From contig CP060229.1 of the NCBI GenBank assembly GCA_023898585.1, positions 790,587 to 854,586 of the forward strand: a DNA stretch of 64,000 bases. The letters are read 5' to 3'. Positions 38,934 through 47,737 of the stretch are shown in pieces. The DNA comes from Candidatus Nomurabacteria bacterium (GTDB lineage: Bacteria > Patescibacteriota > Minisyncoccia > Phycocordibacterales > UBA918). The notes beneath the pieces are model-generated. The model saw only the letters and a list, made by a program, of their open reading frames with translations. It was not told where the DNA came from and did no database searches. Both the position numbers and the translations under genes were made by a program. The first letter of the stretch is position 1, and each line of letters opens with the position of its first letter.

Positions 38934-39608
38934 ATGAGCACACAATACGCAGAGCTATTGCGTGGTATTCGTGTCGAAAAGGGCTTCTCGCAGTCAGAAT
39001 TAGCTGAGAAGCTCAGTCTTTCACGTGCCTCTTACATAGCGGTTGAACAAGGTAAACGTGAACTAACACTTAGTGAATGTGAGAAGCTTTCACAAGTTTT
39101 GGGTGTACCTATTAACGATATTGAGAGAGGAGAGATTCCTAACTACGAGAAGTATAAGCAGATGATTTTGCTGTACTTACGAATGAATAAATTCCTTACT
39201 AAAACAAAGCTTGCCAAGCTTCTCTACTTTGCTGATTTTGCTTGGTACTACAACCATCTCAAAAGCATGAGTGGGATGGAATACAGAAAAATTCAATACG
39301 GACCTGTCGCTGACACCTACTTTAGACTCATTGATGAGATGAGTGATGCTGGGGAGATAAATATCAAGCTTACAGAAGAGGGTGCGATGCACATTTCCGA
39401 AACAAAAGCAGGTAAAAAGTATGTAGTTGATCAGATCAGTAAAGAAGAGTCCGCGCTTATGAAGAAAATTAACAATAAATGGAAAGGCAAACGAACTGCT
39501 GAAATTGTTTCTTTTACGCACAAGCAAATGCCGTACATGTTTGCCGATGATAATGAAATAGTTTCATATGAAGTCTTTGGGCAAGAAAACCCCGATGAAA
39601 TTTACTGA
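38934..39608 (+). CDS. HTH(XRE)-Panacea(DUF4065) fusion protein, antitoxin-like
   Basis: N-terminal HTH (GFSQSELAEKLSLSRASYIAVEQG). The central region LAKLLYFADFAWYYNHLKSMSGMEYRKIQYGPV resembles the Panacea/SocA-like domain. Confidence 0.6.
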   Translation: MSTQYAELLRGIRVEKGFSQSELAEKLSLSRASYIAVEQGKRELTLSECEKLSQVLGVPINDIERGEIPNYEKYKQMILLYLRMNKFLTKTKLAKLLYFADFAWYYNHLKSMSGMEYRKIQYGPVADTYFRLIDEMSDAGEINIKLTEEGAMHISETKAGKKYVVDQISKEESALMKKINNKWKGKRTAEIVSFTHKQMPYMFADDNEIVSYEVFGQENPDEIY

Positions 39609-39613
39609 TTCGT

Positions 39614-40006
39614 ATGAAATATCAAGTAGTTTTCAAACCATTCACCGAAAGACACCACATCAAGTCATTCGCTAAAAAATATCAAGGTGCATGGGGTAAA
39701 ACACTAAAGGCTTTAACGATTGAGTTTACTTTTGTTCAACTCTTGTTTGAAAAAACCATCGCTGAGATTATTTGTGTCTCGCCAGATAATGATATAAAAA
39801 TTTGTAAAACAGAGTTTAAAATCCTTGGAACACAAGTGTCTCGTCACGACTCCGGGTGTCGTTGCGTTATAGCTATTCACGAGAGTAAGAAACTCGTGAA
39901 TGTGTTGTTGGTTTACAATAAGGGAGATGTTGACGGGAAAAACGAGACAGCATGGTGGACTAATCTTGTGAAAGATACTTATCCAGAATATCGGGATATT
40001 CTTTAG
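39614..40006 (+). CDS. hypothetical protein, candidate toxin partner of the Panacea-domain protein
   Basis: 130 aa, starting 6 nt after the Panacea gene stop. No recognisable family; the toxin role is inferred only from context. Confidence 0.35.
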   Translation: MKYQVVFKPFTERHHIKSFAKKYQGAWGKTLKALTIEFTFVQLLFEKTIAEIICVSPDNDIKICKTEFKILGTQVSRHDSGCRCVIAIHESKKLVNVLLVYNKGDVDGKNETAWWTNLVKDTYPEYRDIL

Positions 40007-40103
40007 GTGTTCAAACACTCACCAACACCGAGCAGACACGCGAATGGTTGTGAGAGACAGGGGAAACCGACGAAACCGGGACAGACGAAACTGGGGACGG
40101 AAT

Positions 40104-40141
40104 CGTGACTGTCACCGTTTTCCGTGACTGTCACCGTTTTC
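40104..40141. repeat. REP-like tandem repeat 2 x 19 bp (CGTGACTGTCACCGTTTTC), palindromic core GTGACTGTCAC
   Basis: Exact tandem duplication. Related copies occur at 41675-41698 (reverse complement) and 42403-42473. Confidence 0.7.
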
Positions 40142-40172
40142 CTCGGCTTACTCCCTACCTTGATTCACACGC

Positions 40173-41708
40173 TCAAAAATTTTTCAACAGACGTTTCTGT
40201 AGCTCTATCACTTGTTTCAGTATTTCAATAATTCGTAACAAGATGCCTGTTCTTGAATCAGGGTCGATATTTGCGAGTACTGGTCCCACTATTGATTCTT
40301 CTCTTGGAATAGTTTTAATACGAGTTCCCCCACCACTTCCTGAAGATTGAGAAACCGCTTCTTGTGGCTCATCGCCAGCGCTGAAAGTAGTGGCATGATT
40401 AGCTAGAAAAACGCACTGTCCAGAGGTGACTAAACAGGTTGTTTCAAGATCCCAAGTTGACGAACCTTCTTGCTGAGAGTACACGTTAAGTGTCTGTCCG
40501 TTGTAAGTAGTGCTGACAGGTATGGTAAGTGTCGCATTCTGTGTAAAAGAAAGATTGAGGTTGGTAAGTCCAACCGAGATCGCTCCGGCAATATCTCCGA
40601 CATAAGCACTTTGGAGAGCCGAAGTAACGTTGTTGATAGTAAAATTCAGCAAGTCCATTGCCCCAGCATCAGATCTTGTTAATACGGTACCGCTTGGGAA
40701 AGTGATTGAGGCACCACCAGCCACAACTGAATATGGAACATTAAAGGTAACTGCTGTTGTGTTGTTCGGGTTACCACCGGTTACTGTGATTTGTCCCCCG
40801 TCGATATCTAGCTCAATATCCGCCCCGGTTGAGCCATAACAATCTCCGCTGGTGGTAAAAGTGGCCAGCGAAGATGTACCGACCTGGGAGTAGTTAGATT
40901 CAGTGGATTCTAATTGATAGTGATATGTGGTACAGGTGTCGAGTCCGGTAAGAGTTATGTTGTGTGAGGTGGTACCAACACCGGTTGCTTTGATGCCAAG
41001 CGAATCGGTAGTACCGTAGTTAACAATTGAAGTTCCTGAAAGATTGGTAGACCATGTAATCGTGGCAGTGGAAGTGCCGGTCGAAGTAGCGACTGAACTG
41101 AACTGCGGAGCACCGGCGACACCACGCCAGACGGTTGTGTTATCGGATACATAAAGTACCAATCCGTCGTCTGAGCCGGCGATAAAGTCACAAGAGCAAC
41201 CACTCATATCAGTCTCCACAGTCCAGGTTGCTCCGGTAGTGGTTGATGTTAGTACTCCGTCGTAGTAGTCAGAAACAGCAACTCTTTCTCCATTGAATGA
41301 AACTGTCATGTACGAAAACTCGACACCAGAAACTGTCGATGTGCTCCAATTAGCACCACTATCAACCGATACGTGCATTGTGTCCCACATATCATTTAAG
41401 AATAGTTTCGACCCATCAGCAGAAGAAACGATGTCCCACCAAACATAGTCGTAGTATCTTTCTGTCCATGTAGTGCCGTAATCAGTTGAGGTGTAAACAA
41501 AACCAAAATCAAAATCGATAACAGCAATTTTTGATCCGTCGGCAGAAACTGTCACTGCGATCCATTCTGCTGTGGTGGTGGGTTGTGTTTCAGTCCAGGT
41601 GGCGCCCGAATTAGTAGAAACATAAACATGACCTCCTCCGCCAGTTGTCTGAACTGCTGTTACCAGCACGCGGTAAACCGGGACAGTCACGGTTTTTTCC
41701 CAATTCAT
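40173..41708 (-). CDS. BNR/Asp-box repeat protein with fibronectin type III domain (surface/secreted)
   Basis: Four SxDxGxTW Asp-box motifs (STNSGATWTE, STDYGTTWTE, SVDSGANWS, TTTGATWTV) and an FN3-like block (ITWSTNLSGTSIVNYGTT...TTYHYQLEST). The annotated N-terminus overlaps a REP-like repeat, so the start is uncertain. Confidence 0.55.
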   Translation of the reverse strand: MNWEKTVTVPVYRVLVTAVQTTGGGGHVYVSTNSGATWTETQPTTTAEWIAVTVSADGSKIAVIDFDFGFVYTSTDYGTTWTERYYDYVWWDIVSSADGSKLFLNDMWDTMHVSVDSGANWSTSTVSGVEFSYMTVSFNGERVAVSDYYDGVLTSTTTGATWTVETDMSGCSCDFIAGSDDGLVLYVSDNTTVWRGVAGAPQFSSVATSTGTSTATITWSTNLSGTSIVNYGTTDSLGIKATGVGTTSHNITLTGLDTCTTYHYQLESTESNYSQVGTSSLATFTTSGDCYGSTGADIELDIDGGQITVTGGNPNNTTAVTFNVPYSVVAGGASITFPSGTVLTRSDAGAMDLLNFTINNVTSALQSAYVGDIAGAISVGLTNLNLSFTQNATLTIPVSTTYNGQTLNVYSQQEGSSTWDLETTCLVTSGQCVFLANHATTFSAGDEPQEAVSQSSGSGGGTRIKTIPREESIVGPVLANIDPDSRTGILLRIIEILKQVIELQKRLLKNF

Positions 41709-41713
41709 ATGTT

Positions 41714-42379
41714 CTAATACTTTGTCTTTGGCCTCTCTCCACTGCGTAAGGTGGTTTCCAAACTATACTCCTTGACCATGGCGTCCACCCACCTATCTCT
41801 ACCGTAAGGAGCTCCTTTGTTCACCGAGTTACGAATAGCATACAAGGAGTCTTCTCGTTCGGAAGCATTGATCCACTCAAAGTATCTTTCAGGTAGGGGC
41901 ACTGGTGACTCGCTCAGTAGCTTTGTATCAGCCCGTTTTCGCAACTGCGCACTTCCCCACTGCCATTCCTCACAAGTCTTAACCAGCTTAGCTCTGACAG
42001 GGTTTCTTTCCACATACTTAAGTAGAGTTAGAAAGTAGTCATCTTTATCAACCATAAATGATTTATATCTGCCTTGATAGAGAGGACCGTGGCCGATGGT
42101 CTTTGTTCTAGAGTGCACTCGTCTTGTATGAGAGTTTGTGAGTCGATGCATGAAAGCACCAAGGTCACCGTCAATTCTGGGATGAAGAATCAAGTGCCAA
42201 TGATTTGGCATTATCGTGTACCCTAGAACACGCATGTCCGTGATCTCTTTAGCTTCAAGTAGTAGGTCTGTGAAGAGTTGATAGTCACTACGTTCACTGA
42301 AGATCTGCAGACGACCGGTTGCACGATTGATGACGTGATAAATATTGTTCGCTACATCGACCCTAGCTAGACGTGGCAT
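41714..42379 (-). CDS. REP-associated tyrosine transposase (RAYT), second paralogue
   Basis: HUH motif MPNHWHLIL and Tyr motif YQGRYKS. It is co-linear with the first RAYT. Confidence 0.8.
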   Translation of the reverse strand: MPRLARVDVANNIYHVINRATGRLQIFSERSDYQLFTDLLLEAKEITDMRVLGYTIMPNHWHLILHPRIDGDLGAFMHRLTNSHTRRVHSRTKTIGHGPLYQGRYKSFMVDKDDYFLTLLKYVERNPVRAKLVKTCEEWQWGSAQLRKRADTKLLSESPVPLPERYFEWINASEREDSLYAIRNSVNKGAPYGRDRWVDAMVKEYSLETTLRSGERPKTKY

Positions 42380-42402
42380 GGCAATATTATACCACAGAGA
42401 TC

Positions 42403-42473
42403 AGGGATAAACCGTGACTGTCCCCGTTTCTGCGTTTCTTTCCAGGGATAAACCGTGACTGTCCCCGTTTCTT
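42403..42473. repeat. REP-like direct repeats 2 x 30 bp (CAGGGATAAACCGTGACTGTCCCCGTTTCT)
   Basis: Two exact copies separated by 11 bp, upstream of RAYT-2. The second copy provides the premature stop of the IS3 orfB remnant. Confidence 0.7.
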
Positions 42474-43063
42474 CACGGACAACCGGGATGACTCATACTG
42501 ATCAAGGTGTCACGTGCATGTACCAAAGTGGTGTAGTCAACGGAATTATACTCACTCCCTTGGTCAGAGTGAATAATCCGTGGTGGTGGGTGGTCATGGA
42601 TGGCGTTCAGGAGGGCATTCATAACCAACTGGGTACTATGGTTAGTTAAGACTGACCAACCGACAATCTCTCGGTTCCAGAGATCAAGGATGGTGGCTAA
42701 ATAGACCCATCGATTTTCATACTTAACGATGTGGGTGAAATCACTAACCCAGATGTCTCCTAAACCTCGGGGTGACTCAGTGAGAAGAAGATTGGGAAAA
42801 ACGCTGTATTTAGGTCGTTTTGGGTACTTCTTGGTGTGACGACGGTAGGGTTTGAGGCCAAACAGTTTCATTACTCGTAATACCCGTTTCTTGTTAATAC
42901 CAAGGTGTATAGCCAAACGTTTGTGACCATAACTCGGGTGGTCTCTGAGAGCCGATTCGATCAATTGTTTAGTCTGCCAGTCTTTCTCTGGTTGTCTTGG
43001 TTCATAGTACAAACTACGCCGACTGACCCCTAAGGACCTGGCCAGAACAGTTTTGTTTGACAT
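42473..43063 (-). pseudogene. IS3-family transposase OrfB, C-terminally truncated
   Basis: 196 aa against about 280 expected. It ends right after the second catalytic D (HSDQGSEY), and the stop lies inside a REP-like repeat. Confidence 0.6.
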
Positions 43064-43326
43064 CTTTAACCCCTTTTTTCTTGAGTACTCAACCTCAGTG
43101 TTACTTCACCCACCAGTTGTTTAAGTTGTTCGTTCTCACGCTTTAAACGGTTGTGTTCCAGCAGACTAACTGATCCTCTAGCCTTGTTACCAAGCCAATC
43201 ATAAATCGCTCGGTCACTGACAGCATATAGTCCAGCCGCTTCTTTAACACTGATGCCTTCGTGTTTAATCTTGTTAACTATTTCTTCTTTGATCTCAGCG
43301 GAGATCTTTTGGTTTTTCTTAGTCAT
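42473..43326 (-). mobile_element. IS3-family insertion sequence remnant (orfA + truncated orfB)
   Basis: orfA 43066-43326 is an HTH protein (MTKKNQKISAEIKEEIV...) and orfB 42473-43063 is a DDE transposase fragment (…WVSDFTHI…HSDQGSEY) lacking the C-terminal catalytic E. This is the typical IS3 orfA/orfB frameshift arrangement. Confidence 0.7.
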
Positions 43327-43592
43327 AATTTCTCTTTAACTAAAGTGATAATACCTTAGAAAGAGTGTGCAATGAATGGGGTACCTTTCATAGGATAAAT
43401 AAAGGTTTTTTACCAGTTCGAGAAATTTTTCAAAACGCGTGACTCTCGCCTCTTTAGTTGTGCCTTGGCCGGTGACGTTATCCCACTTTTTTCTAGAGAC
43501 CTTATGGGAAACATAAATATCAAGCCCATAATATCAAGGTAACAACTTAATATAAATTTGTTGTGACATGACAAATTATTGCCAATCTAGCT

Positions 43593-43624
43593 CCAAACAA
43601 AAAGCCCGGATGAAATATCGGGCT
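43593..43624 (-). terminator. rho-independent terminator
   Basis: AGCCCGGATGAAATATCGGGCT forms a hairpin. A T-run follows on the minus strand (reverse complement of CAAACAAAAA). Confidence 0.5.
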
Positions 43625-43662
43625 AAGTCTGTGGAACTGTTTTTTTTTGAATGAACCAATGA

Positions 43663-44127
43663 TTAAAAATCAAGTGTGTCACTTCCTCGTGCTTTCATCA
43701 TCAGAACATAGTAAAAGGCTCTGTGGATACCGACTTTACTCTCGGTTGCTTCTGACATTACTTCGAGAAGTTCTTCGGGAGTATAATTGTCCACTGTCTT
43801 CTGCATCGTCGCAATGGTGTTTTTGTTTGATGGACCGCCTTCATATCCATCGAGTAACTTTTCGATCTTTTTTGACCAGTTCCAAAGTTCGTCTTCAAGC
43901 GTGACGCAGTCAGGGCCTATGCCGAAAACATTGTCATCCACAAACTCAATACCACTTAGATCAACATCCCAGAAGTACTCACCAACATCTAAACTACTGG
44001 CGCTAACATAATCTGGAGATCCCTCTATCGAGTCCTTAGAGTTCTCATTCTCCCTATCTGAAGAATCAGATTTTTTACCTCTTGATCCAAACTTTAATAC
44101 ATTGTTACCCTTTACCATGAACAACAT
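43663..44127 (-). CDS. hypothetical protein
   Basis: 154 aa, acidic, no recognisable motif. Confidence 0.35.
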   Translation of the reverse strand: MLFMVKGNNVLKFGSRGKKSDSSDRENENSKDSIEGSPDYVSASSLDVGEYFWDVDLSGIEFVDDNVFGIGPDCVTLEDELWNWSKKIEKLLDGYEGGPSNKNTIATMQKTVDNYTPEELLEVMSEATESKVGIHRAFYYVLMMKARGSDTLDF

Positions 44128-44211
44128 CCTCCCTCAAATTAAACTGCACACAAATATACTACAAATTACGACTATTGTCCAATCGGAATCGGTCGAAGGG
44201 TGATCGAAAAT

Positions 44212-45174
44212 TTAAAAATGCGCATTTTCCACAAGGTGTTGTATTAGGTCGGGAAAATCGAGGCCGATGGCGCGGGAAGCCTTCGGGAAGTTTGAATTGT
44301 CGGTGAAGGCGGGGAGTGTGTTTATTTCCAGAAAATACACTTCCCCGTTTCTGATGATGAAATCGCTTCGGGAATAGTGTCGACAGCCAATAGCTTTATG
44401 AACGGTTTCAGATATTTCAGCCAATCTGGCTTTCTCGTGATAGGAAAATCGGCCGGGACAGATTTGGTCAGAGAGGGCGTTTTGCTTATTTTCATTAGAG
44501 TAAAAAACATCTGACTTAGGAGGGACAATTTCAACCGCCGGCAAAATGTACAAATCTTCATTTCTGAAATTACTAACCACACCAACAGTTGCTTCCCTAC
44601 CGCGGATAAATTCCTCCACCATAACTTGTTTGTATTGCTGGAGAAGTTCTTTAAGGGAATTAAATAAAATTTCATCATTCCGCACATAACTTGCTCCGAT
44701 TGACGACCCACCAGCGACTGGTTTAATAAACAGTTCGCTCCCCAATTCTGCCAATATTGACGGAATTTCATTTTCTATACTGTCTTCTTCCCCACGCTTA
44801 ACCAAGCGATATTGCGGAGTTTTTACACCGTGTGATTTGATAATTCTTTTAGTAAGGTCTTTGTTGAATGCGATAGCGGATGGTAATGCCCGACTACCGG
44901 TAAAAGGTATTTCTTCATTTTCCAAAATCTTTTGCACTTTGCCGTCTTCTCCGTACTGTCCATGGAGAGCAACGAAAACAGTGTCTACTGCCTTGAGGGC
45001 ATCACCCGGTGATTTTACAAAACCGCCATCAAGCCACTCCCCTTTCTTTGTGACTACAATATCTTTGCAGGTATAATCGCGTTGTTTGAGAGCATTTAAA
45101 ACAACATTGCCTGTCTCCATTGAGGTTTCATATTGTTCACTCGGACCACCTCTTAAAACTGCGACTCTTTTCAT
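44212..45174 (-). CDS. ddl: D-alanine--D-alanine ligase
   Basis: 320 aa with the ATP-grasp architecture (MKRVAVLRGGPSEQYETS...VALHGQYGEDGKVQ). Confidence 0.85.
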   Translation of the reverse strand: MKRVAVLRGGPSEQYETSMETGNVVLNALKQRDYTCKDIVVTKKGEWLDGGFVKSPGDALKAVDTVFVALHGQYGEDGKVQKILENEEIPFTGSRALPSAIAFNKDLTKRIIKSHGVKTPQYRLVKRGEEDSIENEIPSILAELGSELFIKPVAGGSSIGASYVRNDEILFNSLKELLQQYKQVMVEEFIRGREATVGVVSNFRNEDLYILPAVEIVPPKSDVFYSNENKQNALSDQICPGRFSYHEKARLAEISETVHKAIGCRHYSRSDFIIRNGEVYFLEINTLPAFTDNSNFPKASRAIGLDFPDLIQHLVENAHF

Positions 45175-45204
45175 GATTGTTCAAGTATAACACTTCCAAG
45201 TGAC

Positions 45205-46125
45205 TTAACTATTGTTGGGTTTAATATCGGTAACATTATCTCCATAAACACCCTTTAGTAAATCAAGGTCTTTACCGGTTGAAATCAACAAACTGTTGTT
45301 GTATTCAATCATTTGCGACAACATAGTATAAGCTTTGTCGCGACCAATCTTTTCCCCATATAAAGTTTTAAAAGCCTCAAAATCTTTGATAAAACAGTGC
45401 CCTCCGGCTCCTCGGTGTTTATTGTTTTTAGATTCGACATGTCCACTGTTGTGAGCTGGCGTGGTGTGGCTTTCGCCAATTCTGGGGTCATGAACCATGG
45501 CTTCCCTGACAGTTTCCCAATTTCCTCCCTCAGTTACAACCAAATCATAAAATATATTCATCATAAGGACTTTCGAGTAGAGAAAACAATTGCCCACGTA
45601 CTTGACCATTTCCGCTTCAGGCGCGGACATAATAGTCTCGTACTTGGCCTTAGGTAAAATTTTCATTACCTCGCTCGCTCGCTCTTGATATTCTTCTTTA
45701 TTCTCGGGAATACCTATTATGTTTCTGTCCGGGTACGACGCGTCGTAAGCGGCGGTTGCTTCTCGTAAAAACTCCGGGCTGTGAAGTATAAATAATTCCG
45801 GAAATTGCTTTTGTAACTCGTTTGTGGTCCCCGGTAGAATGGTTGATTTTATAACCACTGTCGAACCGGTGCTTACCACACCAAGAGCTTCAGTTACTGG
45901 TTTAAAGTCAAAACCTTTTTCTGTGGTCGGGGTGGGAACAGCGACGAAAACTATCCGGCATGTTTTAATCTCTTCCTTATTACCAACATATTCTTTTTCC
46001 AGTGAATAGCGAACTACAGTGTATGATCGGCTTTCAAAATCGTCAGCGTAGTGCTTGCCTATCCAACCTTGTCCGATAAAACCGATTTTTAAATTTTCTG
46101 ATTGCATATTAATTTTCAAACGCAT
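45205..46125 (-). CDS. UDP-glucose/GDP-mannose dehydrogenase family protein (short form)
   Basis: N-terminal Rossmann fold GFIGQGWIGKHYA plus central and C-terminal dehydrogenase-like regions. At 306 aa it is shorter than the canonical enzyme. Confidence 0.55.
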   Translation of the reverse strand: MRLKINMQSENLKIGFIGQGWIGKHYADDFESRSYTVVRYSLEKEYVGNKEEIKTCRIVFVAVPTPTTEKGFDFKPVTEALGVVSTGSTVVIKSTILPGTTNELQKQFPELFILHSPEFLREATAAYDASYPDRNIIGIPENKEEYQERASEVMKILPKAKYETIMSAPEAEMVKYVGNCFLYSKVLMMNIFYDLVVTEGGNWETVREAMVHDPRIGESHTTPAHNSGHVESKNNKHRGAGGHCFIKDFEAFKTLYGEKIGRDKAYTMLSQMIEYNNSLLISTGKDLDLLKGVYGDNVTDIKPNNS

Positions 46126-46140
46126 TGTACAGCATAAAAG

Positions 46141-47376
46141 TTATACCAGGCTACTTTTCCTTTGTTTTTTACGGTGAAAATTGATTGCAAAACGGTGTGA
46201 CTCCGAATTGGCAAACAAGATGGAGTTTTTGTGTACTTCTAATAGCTTTTTCTGTCCGATGAGACGGATTGGTTGGTGGCGGTCGTCTTTGACGACCGCC
46301 ACCACCGGAATCACCAATTTGTGTGATTTCAAGACACGCTCTGCGACATTCTTCTGAATAGTCCCTCCATCTACCGCTATGATCTGCGGTAGGGGCCATT
46401 CCGTGTGTTTGAGGCGACGGGTGAGTACCTCTTGGAGCGCGCCCGCGTCATTGGCCTTGTCAAAATGAGAAATTTTAAATTTCCGGTACTCGCTTTTACT
46501 TACTTCCCCGCCTTCTATGACAGTCATCACCCCAACCATGTTATTACCATTCAGGTGAGCAATATCATACGCCTCGATCCTGATTCTGTTTTCGTCCCTG
46601 TAGATCCTGGACTCATCTTTAATCAGGGCGATATCTTGAATGTGATTTAAGGCAAAGATTCTCCGTTTTATCAAACCAGCCTCTTCAAACTTTTCCTTTT
46701 TTGCCAAAGACATCATTTCATTTTCCAATTCTTTAATTACTTTCTGCTTTTTACCTTGAAAAAAAAGTTTAATATGTCGAATTGTCCGGCTATATTCATT
46801 TTTGGACTGCGGTTTTGGGTAGATACCGATTTGACGGTTGAAATCGATTCTGCCTTTGGCCAGTCCGCTTTTTTCTTTCCCGACCGGTAAATTTGTATCG
46901 TAGAATTGAAAGAGCCTGCGGACCGTTTTCAAGGCCTCGCGTAAAAGTTGTCCGCTAGTGAACGGTCCAAACTCATACTTTACGTCACTTGTAGAATACT
47001 TTTCTGTAACGTCTTTGCCTCTCACAACCAACACTCTAGGAAACTCTTCGTTGGTGATTATGAGATGGTTATAACTTTTATCGTCTTTACTTAGAGTATT
47101 GTAGCGCGGTTTATGCGTACGGATCAGATTTGCTTCCAGAATTAAAGCTTCAAGCACACTATCGGTTTTTGTGAATTGAATTGATTTCGTCTCCAGAACC
47201 ATTTTTTCAATCAACTTTGATCGCTTTTCATCTATGTCACTGGTGAAATAGCTTTTTACTCGATCTTGCAGTGAAGTTGCTTTACCTATGTACAAAATCT
47301 CCTTTTTAGCGCCAAGAAAAAAGTACACACCCGGGGAATCCGGAAGTTTCATCCCTTTAACAACTTCTTTTTTCAT
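46141..47376 (-). CDS. uvrC: excinuclease ABC subunit C (short form lacking C-terminal HhH)
   Basis: N-terminal GIY-YIG (LPDSPGVYFFLGAKKEILYIGKATSL) and a central UvrC endonuclease-V-like region (YDIAHLNGNNMVGVMTV). Confidence 0.7.
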   Translation of the reverse strand: MKKEVVKGMKLPDSPGVYFFLGAKKEILYIGKATSLQDRVKSYFTSDIDEKRSKLIEKMVLETKSIQFTKTDSVLEALILEANLIRTHKPRYNTLSKDDKSYNHLIITNEEFPRVLVVRGKDVTEKYSTSDVKYEFGPFTSGQLLREALKTVRRLFQFYDTNLPVGKEKSGLAKGRIDFNRQIGIYPKPQSKNEYSRTIRHIKLFFQGKKQKVIKELENEMMSLAKKEKFEEAGLIKRRIFALNHIQDIALIKDESRIYRDENRIRIEAYDIAHLNGNNMVGVMTVIEGGEVSKSEYRKFKISHFDKANDAGALQEVLTRRLKHTEWPLPQIIAVDGGTIQKNVAERVLKSHKLVIPVVAVVKDDRHQPIRLIGQKKLLEVHKNSILFANSESHRFAINFHRKKQRKSSLV

Positions 47377-47404
47377 GTTCTAACTATAGCAAAACTTAAA
47401 GACA

Positions 47405-47680
47405 GTGCATAACCGTGAGAGCAATCGTCACAAAGAGATTGTACAATTAAAATCAGGAAGCACATTTAATCAATCTCTAGCAAATAATCAGGGGGTCAAA
47501 ATGCCTCACCTTCAAGAGCAATGTTCCTACTGCGGTCAGATGATAGTATGTGGTGAACAAGATTACGTAATTCTGGTTGATAAAAGGGGATCGTTTCATC
47601 ACCTTCATGCCGGCAACTGTCAAAAACAAGCAGAGACGGACGGTGACAGATCGTTCTTGGAAGAAACACTGGCCGCCTAA
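47405..47680 (+). CDS. hypothetical small Cys/His-containing protein
   Basis: 91 aa with a CSYCGQ...C...HHLHAGNC cluster. Weak call. Confidence 0.2.
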   Translation: MHNRESNRHKEIVQLKSGSTFNQSLANNQGVKMPHLQEQCSYCGQMIVCGEQDYVILVDKRGSFHHLHAGNCQKQAETDGDRSFLEETLAA

Positions 47681-47737
47681 GCAGGGTCGACATAGATTCA
47701 AATTGTAGCTGTCATTGTGTTGACAGCTACTTTACAT

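Noticed and set aside
40104-42473. Possible CRISPR array from repeated CGTGACTGTC(A/C)CCGTTT units
   Set aside because: There are only two tandem units per site, with no regular repeat-spacer periodicity and no cas genes. They are better explained as REP-like elements next to the RAYT genes.
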